NCBI GenBank assembly: GCA_001189095.1
Contig: LFCK01000002.1
Coordinates: 214,320-278,319 of the forward strand
Reading direction: 5' to 3'
Origin: Parcubacteria bacterium C7867-001
GTDB taxonomy: Bacteria; Patescibacteriota; Minisyncoccia; Phycocordibacterales; Phycocordibacteraceae
Length of the DNA stretch: 64,000 bases
Below, piece by piece: positions 1-8,940 of the stretch. Below the pieces are notes generated by a model, which worked only from the letters and a program-made list of their open reading frames with translations, ran no database searches and was not told where the DNA came from. Both the position numbers and the translations under genes were made by a program. Numbering within the stretch: position 1 is the stretch's first letter; the number at the start of each line of letters is the position of its first letter.

Positions 1-58
1 TCGTGAAGGCGAGTGGTCGAGCGTCCTACTCGATATTCGACCGTTTTCAAATCACCGA

Positions 59-481
59 TTGCGATTCATCGTTCATAATTTCAACGCTGAAGTCGGTAAA
101 CTCGATAGTTCGCTCGTAAAGTTCGATCCGCTTACCGGAGACGTCTACTACAACTACATTTCAGGGTACACCACACCACTCCTCCGGCTCTATTGGCGCA
201 GCGCAAACCATACGCTCGAAGACGATCTTTTCGGTATCGCAATGCGGGAGGATGATCCGGTATCCGCAGAACGTCACAACAACAACTTCCGCGGCACCTG
301 CAAGCTTATGTCCGAACAGTCGAATTATGTCGACTATTATTTCTTCGTACCTAATGAAACGTATCCCACTGCCGACTGCTTCACTCCTAATTACGCTCTC
401 GTGGGTCCTTTCGTCGTCGCTCACTACACTTATAGCGACCGTGTAGGAGTGATTGCAGGTTCCATTCTCCTTGAGGACTAG
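59..481 (+). CDS. hypothetical protein (may be the C-terminal part of a gene continuing upstream of the window)
   Basis: 140-aa ORF; no recognisable motif; frame is open to window start. Confidence 0.3.
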   Translation: MRFIVHNFNAEVGKLDSSLVKFDPLTGDVYYNYISGYTTPLLRLYWRSANHTLEDDLFGIAMREDDPVSAERHNNNFRGTCKLMSEQSNYVDYYFFVPNETYPTADCFTPNYALVGPFVVAHYTYSDRVGVIAGSILLED

Positions 482-526
482 AACCTGTCATTTTCTCCCC
501 CAATTGCCTGTGATAGAGTTCCCGAT

Positions 527-817
527 ATGGCTTCGGCTGATGACGTCAAAAAACTTGCTGCGCTCGCGCGCATAACCCTTTCCGAAGAGGAAATTGATAC
601 CTTCACGAAAGAATTCGAGGGTATCTTGGCGTACGTTGGCCAGATAGAATCGCTCTCGGTCACTCCCGAGGTGAATCGAGCTCCCGCAGTTCGCAACGTA
701 TTTCGTGAAGACGGTGAACCGCACGAGAAGGGGAAGTATACCGAGAAGCTCGCCGCTCAATTCCCAGAACGCGATGGTCAGTATCTCAAGGTGAAGCAGA
801 TCATTTCCCATGACTAA
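527..817 (+). CDS. gatC: Asp-tRNA(Asn)/Glu-tRNA(Gln) amidotransferase subunit C
   Basis: 96 aa; typical GatC length and sequence; overlaps the downstream gatA start by 8 nt. Confidence 0.85.
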   Translation: MASADDVKKLAALARITLSEEEIDTFTKEFEGILAYVGQIESLSVTPEVNRAPAVRNVFREDGEPHEKGKYTEKLAAQFPERDGQYLKVKQIISHD

Positions 818-2246
818 GGCTCCGAACGAACTCATGCTTGTCGAAGCGGCGCGTGCACTTCGCTCGCGCGAAATTACTGTGCGCGAACTCTGGGACGCGT
901 GTCACTCCGCAGCGGTTGCAAAGAATCCGGAATTGAACGCGTATCTCGAGATATTTAACGCAGATGACGCAGCGATAGACGCTGCGCAGGCACGCATCGA
1001 GAAAGAAGGCGACGCGGCACCTATGCTCTGCGGCATACCGCTCGCAATCAAGGACAACATTCTTATCGATGGGAAAACGGCGAGTGCCGCATCCAAGATG
1101 CTTGAGAATTATCGTGCGACCTACGACGCAACGGTCATCAAGAAATTAAAGGATCAAAACGCTCTCTTTATCGGACGAACGAACATGGATGAATTTGCTA
1201 TGGGCGGTTCGACCGAGCATTCGGCATTTGGTGTAACGAAGAATCCGCATGACACGAAACGAACGCCGGGCGGGTCCTCAGGCGGATCGGCCGCAGCTGT
1301 CGCTGCGGACACTTGCATCGCGGCGCTCGGAACCGACACAGGTGGCTCCATTCGCCAGCCTGCAAGCCACTGCGGAATCGTTGGCGTGAAGCCGACCTAC
1401 GGTCGCGTGTCGCGCAACGGGCTCATTGCCATGGGTTCTTCGCTCGATCAAGCAGGGCCGATGACAAAGTCGGTTGAGGATGCGCGTATCCTTCTCTCTG
1501 CGATTTCGGGTACCGATCCGCTCGATTCCACCACTATTACGGATGCAACGTACACGAACCGCACTGTGGAAGGGAAGATGCGCATCGGTGTGCCGCGAGA
1601 TCTTCTCGCGGAAGGGCTTGATGCGGATGTGCGCGAGCGGTTTGACGCGGCACTTGAAGCGTTCCGTTCGGAGGGTCATGAAGTAGTCGACGTATCTCTT
1701 CCGACGAGTCGTTACGGACTTGCTGCGTATTACATCGTGATGCCAGCCGAAGTATCGACGAACCTCGCGCGTCTCGACGGCATGCGCTACGGACACGCGG
1801 TGCGCGAGACAACGCTGCTTGACGATTATCGCGCGTCCCGCACCGAGGGATTCGGTGCAGAGACCAAGCGACGCATTCTTCTTGGTACTTATGTGCTTTC
1901 GTCAGGTTACATCGATGCGTATTACCGCAAAGCGGAAGCTGCACGTGCTCTTCTGCGGGCAGAATATGCGAAGGCGTTTGAGGGAGTGGATCTAATTGCC
2001 GTCCCGACGGTGGTTGCTCCTGCGTTCGTATTCGGTGCTAAGTCTGATCCGGTCGCTATGTATCTTGAGGACGTATTCACCGTCACCGCGAACCTCACGG
2101 GCGCTCCGGCCATCTCGGTTCCTATGGGGCGTGTCGAACGCGACGGCGTGTCGCTTCCGGTAGGAATGCACTTCACCGCGCCGCACGGAGCGGAAGACCG
2201 TTTGTTTACAGCTGCCGCACAGCTCGAGGAAAAGGGACTATACTAA
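810..2246 (+). CDS. gatA: Glu-tRNA(Gln) amidotransferase subunit A (amidase signature family)
   Basis: 478 aa; amidase signature GGSSGGSAAAVAA; translationally coupled to gatC. Confidence 0.9.
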   Translation: MTKAPNELMLVEAARALRSREITVRELWDACHSAAVAKNPELNAYLEIFNADDAAIDAAQARIEKEGDAAPMLCGIPLAIKDNILIDGKTASAASKMLENYRATYDATVIKKLKDQNALFIGRTNMDEFAMGGSTEHSAFGVTKNPHDTKRTPGGSSGGSAAAVAADTCIAALGTDTGGSIRQPASHCGIVGVKPTYGRVSRNGLIAMGSSLDQAGPMTKSVEDARILLSAISGTDPLDSTTITDATYTNRTVEGKMRIGVPRDLLAEGLDADVRERFDAALEAFRSEGHEVVDVSLPTSRYGLAAYYIVMPAEVSTNLARLDGMRYGHAVRETTLLDDYRASRTEGFGAETKRRILLGTYVLSSGYIDAYYRKAEAARALLRAEYAKAFEGVDLIAVPTVVAPAFVFGAKSDPVAMYLEDVFTVTANLTGAPAISVPMGRVERDGVSLPVGMHFTAPHGAEDRLFTAAAQLEEKGLY

Positions 2247-2250
2247 ACGC

Positions 2251-2835
2251 ATGTACGAAGCAGGAACCTCTGCAACCACGCCCATTCATTTCCTGAACCT
2301 CGAGTTCTTTCTCCGGCTCCTGTATGACACAGCTGTGCATCTTTCGGTTCCGGGCGGCATCATGCCGTTCCTCACCTCTGTTTGGAACCTTGTGACGATG
2401 GTTGGCTACCTTATCGCGCTCGTCTCGTTGATCTCGCTCGTGTATGCCATCGTGCGGTTGAAGCAGGTGTATGAAGCCGATGCAGTGAACTACACGACAC
2501 TCGACAGCGCACATGCAGAAAATATGACCGAGCATGCGCGTTGGAACCACATTCTCACGCTCGTCGAAAGTCCGCTTGAAAGCGATTGGCGCCAGTCCAT
2601 CATCGAAGCAGATATCATGCTGAACGACGTTCTTGAGCATCATGGCTACGAAGGAGAAACGCTCGGTGAGCGCCTGAAGCAGGCGCGCTTCGAATCTATT
2701 AATGAAGCGTGGGAGGCGCACAAGGTTCGTAACGAAATAGCGCACCAAGGTTCAACGTTTAAGGTCGATGATACCCTTGCGTACCGCACCATCCAGAAAT
2801 ACAAACGCGTCTTCGAGGAGCTCAAGGCTATTTAG
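2251..2835 (+). CDS. hypothetical membrane protein
   Basis: 194-aa ORF; hydrophobic segment LVTMVGYLIALVSLISLVYAIV; true start may be an internal Met. Confidence 0.4.
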   Translation: MYEAGTSATTPIHFLNLEFFLRLLYDTAVHLSVPGGIMPFLTSVWNLVTMVGYLIALVSLISLVYAIVRLKQVYEADAVNYTTLDSAHAENMTEHARWNHILTLVESPLESDWRQSIIEADIMLNDVLEHHGYEGETLGERLKQARFESINEAWEAHKVRNEIAHQGSTFKVDDTLAYRTIQKYKRVFEELKAI

Positions 2836-2878
2836 TGCCGCTTGAAAAGAGGAGGGGGGTGGAGTAGAATCCACGGAT

Positions 2879-2949
2879 AGCGGGGTGGACCAGCGGTAGG
2901 TCGCAAGGCTCATAACCTTGAAGCACAGGTTCGATTCCTGTCCCCGCAA
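2879..2949 (+). tRNA. tRNA-Met (anticodon CAT), initiator-like
   Basis: Cloverleaf with anticodon loop CTCATAA; near-colinear with E. coli tRNA-fMet (GCGGGGTGGA...CCCCGCAAC); unpaired 1-72 position; CCA not encoded. Confidence 0.7.
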
Positions 2950-2952
2950 CAA

Positions 2953-2989
2953 GCAATACAAAAAGCGCCGAAAGGCGCTTTTTGTATTG
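2953..2989 (+). terminator. intrinsic terminator
   Basis: Palindrome caatacaaaaagcgcc-gaaa-ggcgctttttgtattg immediately 3' of the tRNA. Confidence 0.6.
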
Positions 2990-3244
2990 CGCCGTTGCGG
3001 GGAAGAGAAGCGCGGGGCGCTTCTCGTCAGGAATCGAACGCCGGAGTATGTTTCGCTCAGCAGAGCGAAACGACGAGGCGGTGCCCAGAGCGAATGCGAG
3101 TGTCGACGAGCATTCGACTCGCGGGCGATATGTCGTACTCGACGGTCCTGTCCCCTCACTTCGTGGCCGACACATGCTTACCTTCCCCAGAAGGACACTT
3201 CCTGTCCTTCTGTCCCCAACTCCTCAAAGTGCTACACTATTCTC

Positions 3245-3646
3245 ATGAAAGGCTTCACCACCAACATCGAACAAGCAGCACTTGAAAACGAGTCATTCCG
3301 ACGTGTTCTGTACACGGCAAAGCATTCGCAGCTCGTCCTTATGAGTCTCTCGGCAGGCGAAGAAATCGGCGAAGAGGTGCATGACGTGGATCAGTTTATC
3401 CGCATTGAAGAAGGGGAGGGGACGTGCGTTATGGACGGCGAAGAACAGACACTTACCGATGGTTTTATCGTACTTGTGCCTGCTGGCGTTCGTCACAACA
3501 TTATTAATACCTCGCGCGACGAAGCGATGAAGCTGTATACACTCTATGCGCCGCCCCACCACAAGGATGGCACGGTGCACGAAACCAAGGCCGAAGCCGA
3601 AGCAAGCGAAGAACACTACGATGGAACAACGACCGACAACGTCTAG
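3245..3646 (+). CDS. cupin-domain protein
   Basis: 133 aa; cupin-like G-x5-H...E core and H near the C-terminal strand (VPAGVRHNIIN); ATG at 3245 chosen because the longer ORF would run across the tRNA. Confidence 0.65.
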   Translation: MKGFTTNIEQAALENESFRRVLYTAKHSQLVLMSLSAGEEIGEEVHDVDQFIRIEEGEGTCVMDGEEQTLTDGFIVLVPAGVRHNIINTSRDEAMKLYTLYAPPHHKDGTVHETKAEAEASEEHYDGTTTDNV

Positions 3647-4121
3647 CCGGCTCAAGCTCAATCATTTCGCGATCCCCTATTTCGCGATACTCGCGTTCAT
3701 GTTTGGCGGGATTTTAAATAGTGGCGGTATCGACTGGTACGCGTCGCTGGTCCTTCCGTCATGGAGTCCGCCAAACATTCTCATTGCACTTATATGGGCG
3801 ATCATCTATGTGTGTGCAACGGCGTCACTTCTCATTGTTTGGAACAAAACACCGCATGATGCGCGGTTCCGTACTATCGTTGTCGGGTATGGCGTGGTCA
3901 CGCTCATCAATTTCCTCTGGAGCATACTCTTTTTCGATCTGCATATGCTGGTATGGTCGGTTGTGTGCTCGGTTGTTCTCGCGGTAGCCCTCGGCGTTCT
4001 TGCCAAACTCATTGAGCCTCGCTCTCGAGTGGCCGCGCTCCTTCTTCTGCCGTATATCGTGTGGGTGCTGTTTGCCTTTCGTCTCACAGCGTCCGTTACT
4101 GCGCTCAACCTCCCGCTGTAG
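3621..4121 (+). CDS. tspO: TspO/MBR (tryptophan-rich sensory protein) family membrane protein
   Basis: About 166 aa, 5 TM; motifs WYASLVLPSWSPP, LWSILFF and LLLPYIVWVLFA typical of TspO; start uncertain (3621 or 3700). Confidence 0.7.
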   Translation: MEQRPTTSSRLKLNHFAIPYFAILAFMFGGILNSGGIDWYASLVLPSWSPPNILIALIWAIIYVCATASLLIVWNKTPHDARFRTIVVGYGVVTLINFLWSILFFDLHMLVWSVVCSVVLAVALGVLAKLIEPRSRVAALLLLPYIVWVLFAFRLTASVTALNLPL

Positions 4122-4223
4122 AGACATTCATGAATGTATAAACGAGTGTCTTAACCAAAAGTTAAGGCGAGTACGGCTATAGTGCATGTGGTCGAACCTC
4201 GTTATCAGCACGCTAACTGATAC

Positions 4224-4412
4224 ATGCGTATGGCAGATCGCACCACTATGAGTCGTCGCGGCTTCGCGGTGATGGATGAAGACCGGCAGCGCGAAATCGC
4301 GAGCATGGGAGGCAAGGCAGCACACGCTCAGGGAACCGCCCACCGATTCAATTCGGAAGAGGCAAGAATCGCAAGCCAGAAGGGCGGTAGAGTCCGGCAA
4401 GAGGCGGGCTGA
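4224..4412 (+). CDS. KGG-repeat general stress protein
   Basis: Small basic protein with GGKAAHAQG and SQKGG repeats (KGG stress-protein motif). Confidence 0.55.
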   Translation: MRMADRTTMSRRGFAVMDEDRQREIASMGGKAAHAQGTAHRFNSEEARIASQKGGRVRQEAG

Positions 4413-4473
4413 CCCTCGACGTGCTCAATGAGTACCCTCCATAAGAAAAGCGTCGGCCAAAAGGCCGACGCTT

Positions 4474-5139
4474 CTATATAGTGGGGAACCATTGCGAGAC
4501 GACTTTCGTCCCGCCCGGCTCAAGCGCGACGAACCCGTTCGGGTTCGCCGTGAAGTGAGTCGAGGGCATGGAATATTCGTACCAGAAACTGATAACGACG
4601 CTCCACACTCCGGGGGGATACACGCTCGATTGGTGCTCATCGTAGTCGTCGTCAGACGACGTGATGCGACTCAGTCGCGCAGAAGAAGTCATCTTGAACT
4701 CTGTCTTGATGCCGTTCACTTCCCACGATGTGAGTCGTCGGATCTGAGACGTGTCAACGTCATAGATGCCGAACTCTTCGCCGATACCTCGTATGAGGGC
4801 TCGCATCGGTTTCTCGACTTTCCGCTTGCGATTCCGGTTGCGTTTGGGTGTCTCACTCAAGCCCCATGGCTTTACCTTCTCAATGGACGTACCGCTGGGG
4901 AGAATACGACGTACTTCCCGAAGCGTGTGCGTGCAAAGATGGGGCTCCGGCCCGCTCCGAACAATGCTCTTTGCGCTATGCGCAAAACGAGCAAACGTCC
5001 CGTTTACGAGTATCGGTAGCACATCGAGTTCGTTAGTCTCGATGTAAAGATCGTGTAGGCTTTTGTACTCCGGAAGATTGAAGTCTTCCGGTCGTACGCC
5101 GCCCCTTCCAAGGAGGGCGAGTAATTTTTCATACTTCAT
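4474..5139 (-). CDS. hypothetical protein
   Basis: 221-aa ORF downstream of, and co-oriented with, the hybrid histidine kinase; no recognisable domain; contains the basic stretch KRNRNRKRK. Confidence 0.45.
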   Translation of the reverse strand: MKYEKLLALLGRGGVRPEDFNLPEYKSLHDLYIETNELDVLPILVNGTFARFAHSAKSIVRSGPEPHLCTHTLREVRRILPSGTSIEKVKPWGLSETPKRNRNRKRKVEKPMRALIRGIGEEFGIYDVDTSQIRRLTSWEVNGIKTEFKMTSSARLSRITSSDDDYDEHQSSVYPPGVWSVVISFWYEYSMPSTHFTANPNGFVALEPGGTKVVSQWFPTI

Positions 5140-5200
5140 CCTCGCCTCCGTGGATTCGTATTCTGCCTAGAGCCTACCTGTTGGGACTGCATTCTGCAAT

Positions 5201-7210
5201 CTAGAGACCCGGCACCACGCGGGTAAGCTCTGCGAGGCCGATGGGTTTGACGAGGTACTCGTCGAACCCTGCCGCCTCGGCGCGGGTCCGTGTTTCCTCG
5301 AGACTGTAGCCGGTGAGCGCAATGAGTTTGCCATCAAACCCGAGTGCGCGGAGGTCGTGCGCAACGTCAAAGCCATCGCGGCCCGGAAGGCCGATATCGA
5401 GCAGTATCGTATCGGGGCGGTTGTTCTGCACAGACTCGACGGCTTGATCGCCGTCATACGCGTACGAAACGGAAGCGCCACGCAGCTCGAGAAGTTTTCC
5501 GATGCCCCATGATGCTGCGTCGTTATCGTCAACAACGAGAACGCGCGGTCCCGAACCCTGCTTTTCGCGTGGGTGCAGCACGTTCGGTTTTTGAGGGAGG
5601 ATCTCTTTCGATGCGCGATTCTGTTTCGAGCGGGGAAGTCGGACGACGAAGGTGCTGCCAGCATCCTTGCCAGCGCTCTCCGCACGAACGCTTCCGCCAT
5701 GCATTTCGACCAAACTCCGAACGAGTGCGAGTCCGATGCCAAGGCCTTTGTTGGCTTTGCTGCCAGTTTCTGCTTGGCGGAATGGCTCGAAGATGTACGC
5801 GAGCGTGTCAGGCGCGATGCCGATGCCATTGTCTTGTACGCGTAGTTCGACGTCGTTTCCCTTCTCTCCGATCGAGATAGTGATGCGGTCGCCTGCGTTT
5901 GAGTAGCGGGATGCGTTCGTAAGGAGGTTGCTCACTATTTGTTCGATACGAGTGGAATCGCCGTCGACAAGTAGGGTGTCGGAGGGTGCCTGTATGAAGA
6001 GTTGCTGGTGCCGTTCCTTGAATGAGTGATCGGTCGAAAGTGCTGCTTTGCGAACGACCTGTTCAACGTCCACAACCTCTCGTTGGAGCGAAAGTTTTCC
6101 TTCAGAAATGCGGGATACGTCCAGAAGGTCGTCGAGCAAGCGCTTCACCACGTGCATGCGGTCGTCCATGATCGTGAGTGCTTCGGTGTCCTCTGCATCA
6201 AAGCCTCCTTTCGCCTTCAGGTATTCGATCGAGGCGACTACTGGCGCAAGTGGGTTGCGTAGTTCATGTGCGAGCACGGCGATAAAGTCGTTTTTCGCTC
6301 GCGACTCCACCGAGATGCGTGATACGGCATTCTCAAGGTTTGCGACCTGCAGCCGAAGAAGATTCGAGGTGACCCGGCGACTTTCCTCAAGCGATGAGAA
6401 GGACAGGAACAGCAGCCCGACGATGATGAGGAACAGCTCCGTTTGGTAGAGGCGATCACCAAAGAGTTCCGGCGCGGGCACGTGCGGTCCCACAAGAAGG
6501 CTCGCGACTGCGAACACCGAAGTCACGATAAGTGCGAGAGTGATGAATCGTGGTCGCAGCCGCAGTGCAATCCAGAAGAGTGGAATGAGCATGAAGTAGA
6601 CGAATGAAATTCCGGCGATCGTCGGTATGTTCGTAAAGAAGAGGAAATATTCAATGGTGCCGAGCAGGAGAAACGCCGCAGCGGTTTCAAGGAGTTCAAG
6701 CCAACGGCGTGCGAATCGGGGCTTTACCCACCAGCGCATAACAAACGGCGTTACCACGAACACGGTAAATATGGTCGCCACGTACCACGGCCCCCAGCCG
6801 ATCGAGATGCGCGCAGGGAATCCGAGGGCGTCGCTCGCAAAATGCGCGAATGTTCCGGCGGTGGGGATGATAAGCGAAGAGGCCAGTGCGGCGATGAACA
6901 GAATGAATACATCTCGCCAGCTTCGGAACAACGGGTCGATGTTCTGCGAGCGCAGTATGTATGCGCCCGCTACCGCGAACAGTGCGTGAGCAAGCGGCAT
7001 GACGAGGAGCGAAATCGGTGAGGCGCCTGCGATGAGTCCATTCGTGAGAGAGGCGAAGTACACGATCGGCCAGAACGCGAGGCCCTCAAGCGCGAGAATG
7101 CCTATGGCTATGCCGGTGGCAGGGAAGATGACTGCCGGTGGCGGAACGAGCGAAGATACGCGCGCGAGGATCAGAAAGGCAAGGAAGAGCGTGCAGGACA
7201 CGAAAAACAC
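5201..7210 (-). CDS. hybrid sensor histidine kinase/response regulator (MASE1-like membrane sensor, HisKA, HATPase_c, REC)
   Basis: 669 aa; about 8 N-terminal TM helices; H-box AVLAHELRNPLAPV; G-box DNGIGI...GLGIGL; C-terminal receiver VLVVDDN...LLDIGLPGRDG...KPI. Confidence 0.85.
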   Translation of the reverse strand: MFFVSCTLFLAFLILARVSSLVPPPAVIFPATGIAIGILALEGLAFWPIVYFASLTNGLIAGASPISLLVMPLAHALFAVAGAYILRSQNIDPLFRSWRDVFILFIAALASSLIIPTAGTFAHFASDALGFPARISIGWGPWYVATIFTVFVVTPFVMRWWVKPRFARRWLELLETAAAFLLLGTIEYFLFFTNIPTIAGISFVYFMLIPLFWIALRLRPRFITLALIVTSVFAVASLLVGPHVPAPELFGDRLYQTELFLIIVGLLFLSFSSLEESRRVTSNLLRLQVANLENAVSRISVESRAKNDFIAVLAHELRNPLAPVVASIEYLKAKGGFDAEDTEALTIMDDRMHVVKRLLDDLLDVSRISEGKLSLQREVVDVEQVVRKAALSTDHSFKERHQQLFIQAPSDTLLVDGDSTRIEQIVSNLLTNASRYSNAGDRITISIGEKGNDVELRVQDNGIGIAPDTLAYIFEPFRQAETGSKANKGLGIGLALVRSLVEMHGGSVRAESAGKDAGSTFVVRLPRSKQNRASKEILPQKPNVLHPREKQGSGPRVLVVDDNDAASWGIGKLLELRGASVSYAYDGDQAVESVQNNRPDTILLDIGLPGRDGFDVAHDLRALGFDGKLIALTGYSLEETRTRAEAAGFDEYLVKPIGLAELTRVVPGL

Positions 7211-7308
7211 CCGTTTTTTGAAGAGCGGGCTCCGAAAGAGGAGCGGGTAGGTTGGCGCTGCTATACGTTATAGATGATACCAAAAAGGGATATGAAGAAC
7301 GGATGAGC

Positions 7309-7347
7309 TTACAGAAACGCCGGAAGCGAAGCTTCCGGCGTTTCTGT
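7309..7347 (-). terminator. intrinsic terminator (bidirectional hairpin)
   Basis: cagaaacgccggaagcgaagcttccggcgtttctg directly downstream of the 7358-7825 minus-strand gene. Confidence 0.5.
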
Positions 7348-7357
7348 AAGCGATTTC

Positions 7358-7825
7358 TTAGCTGTAGATCGGGCGATACTCTTCATCATCACGCGAACGG
7401 CGGGTCAACGCCCAGATTCCGATGCCGACGAGCGCGAGGAGGAACAGCGCGCCAGCAACGAAGCTTGGTGTTAAGACGTCCATAAACGAGACAGATGCTT
7501 CAGTCGCAGGCGCTGGAGCCGGTGCGGCTGATGGTTCCACTACAGGAGTTGTCACGCTTCCGTCGACTGGTGCGGAGACGCCAGAGTTTGGTATGAGGGC
7601 CGAGCCGTCACTCGTCACTGCGACGGGAGATGGTTGCGTTCCGGCTTCGCTCATAAGTTGTCCTCCAGCGCCGGTTGCGAGTCCCTGACGATACTGGTAG
7701 CCCGTATCGAATCCGGTCACCATTGCGGACGCGGGAAGCGCAAGCAGAAGACTCGCCGCGAATACCGCACCGAGTGCGCCGAGGACGGCGCCACTCACGA
7801 AGAATGTTCCAGTTGAGTTGTGCAT
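7358..7825 (-). CDS. secreted Pro/Ala/Ser-rich protein with C-terminal membrane anchor
   Basis: N-terminal signal peptide; low-complexity PAPAPA region; C-terminal hydrophobic helix followed by RRSRDDEE (sorting-signal-like tail without LPXTG). Confidence 0.5.
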   Translation of the reverse strand: MHNSTGTFFVSGAVLGALGAVFAASLLLALPASAMVTGFDTGYQYRQGLATGAGGQLMSEAGTQPSPVAVTSDGSALIPNSGVSAPVDGSVTTPVVEPSAAPAPAPATEASVSFMDVLTPSFVAGALFLLALVGIGIWALTRRSRDDEEYRPIYS

Positions 7826-8115
7826 AGAAAGTTGTGTTATCCGATAAGAGGGACGCGCTTCCTTCCTGGGGAGAAGGGGAGCGGACGTTCCTGCTAAGGA
7901 GCATGCGCTACAGGCCCTGAAGCCGCAGTGAAAAACTCATGAGCCCCAGATGAACGAAACAGAGCAAGAGTTTGACTTTTTATCAAAAATATGTTATCCA
8001 CACTGACAGTGCTTGCGCCGCCGAGTACTTAGTGTATATTTAACACTAGATTGTGCAGCGGCACAGGAGTTCCTTGAAAGGACCCATACCCATCTAACAA
8101 AGGAAGGTGTCTCTG

Positions 8116-8940
8116 ATGGAGGCTCTACCATTCGTGGTCGCTGGGGGCTCTGTCCCTGGAACTGACCACACCAAGCCTGGGCAACCCGGCTGGATCAACA
8201 ACCAAGATGCGTTCGCCTGGATGAAGACCGATAACGTGCTGGTAGCTGTGGTCTGCGACGGGTGCGGCAGTATGCCGCACAGCGACGTGGGCGCGCAGCT
8301 TATGGCACCGCTTATCGCAAAGCATTTGGCCGTAGTGTCGGAAGACCTGCAGCCTAAAGATGCATTCACTATGCTCGAACGCTGGGTGTATCCATTTATG
8401 GAACACACTGCGCGCGCCATAGGTGTCGACGTTCAAAAAACCATTAACGAGTATTTCTTGTTCACGGTGCTCGGCGTTCTCATAACTCCTAAGCACACGG
8501 TGATCTTCGAAGCGGGGGATGGTGTCTATGCCGTGAATGGCGAGACAACCGTCATACCACCCTATCCCGATAACGCGCCGCCCTACTTAGGACATCGCTT
8601 TACGGGAGGGTGGCCTCGCAACCAAATTGGTATTCGTATCCGCGAACAGCGCAAAACAGAAGAGATCACCTCAATTCTGCTTGGCACTGATGGCGTCACT
8701 GACGTCATTCGCGCGCGCGACAAACCATTTCCCGGACGTAAAGAAGGACCGGTTTTCGGACCGCTCTCTCAGTTCTGGGAAGACGAGCTCTTCGTCGCTA
8801 ACTCCGACATGATTCGTCGGGGTCTCGCGCGTGCGAATCGTGAAGCTGTGGAAGATGGACTGATCAAGAAGGGATTGCTCTCGGACGACACTACTATTGT
8901 TGTTGTTCGTCGGCAGTCAGAAGGAGGCGGTAATGCCTAA
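8116..8940 (+). CDS. PP2C-family Ser/Thr protein phosphatase
   Basis: VAVVCDGCGS, GTDGVTDV and DDTTIVVV metal-binding motifs; ATG 8116 lies 9 nt after AAGGAAGG; stop overlaps the kinase start. Confidence 0.8.
   Translation: MEALPFVVAGGSVPGTDHTKPGQPGWINNQDAFAWMKTDNVLVAVVCDGCGSMPHSDVGAQLMAPLIAKHLAVVSEDLQPKDAFTMLERWVYPFMEHTARAIGVDVQKTINEYFLFTVLGVLITPKHTVIFEAGDGVYAVNGETTVIPPYPDNAPPYLGHRFTGGWPRNQIGIRIREQRKTEEITSILLGTDGVTDVIRARDKPFPGRKEGPVFGPLSQFWEDELFVANSDMIRRGLARANREAVEDGLIKKGLLSDDTTIVVVRRQSEGGGNA

Noticed and set aside
1278-1944. Antisense ORFs (172 aa, 135 aa) inside gatA
   Set aside because: They lie wholly within a high-confidence conserved gene on the opposite strand. They are Arg-rich and typical of spurious frames in GC-rich DNA.
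2918-3244. N-terminal extension of the cupin ORF across the tRNA-Met and its terminator
   Set aside because: The extension would read through a tRNA and an intrinsic terminator. The cupin domain begins at the ATG at 3245.
5167-5880. Overlapping ORFs (220 aa minus, 178 aa plus) inside the hybrid histidine kinase
   Set aside because: They are Arg/Ser-rich and fully overlapped by the kinase, which has clear H-box, G-box and receiver motifs.
7996-8004. Second TTATCCACA DnaA-box-like 9-mer upstream of the PP2C operon
   Set aside because: It is a single isolated copy in a promoter region, most likely coincidental or part of the -10 region, and is not evidence of an origin.
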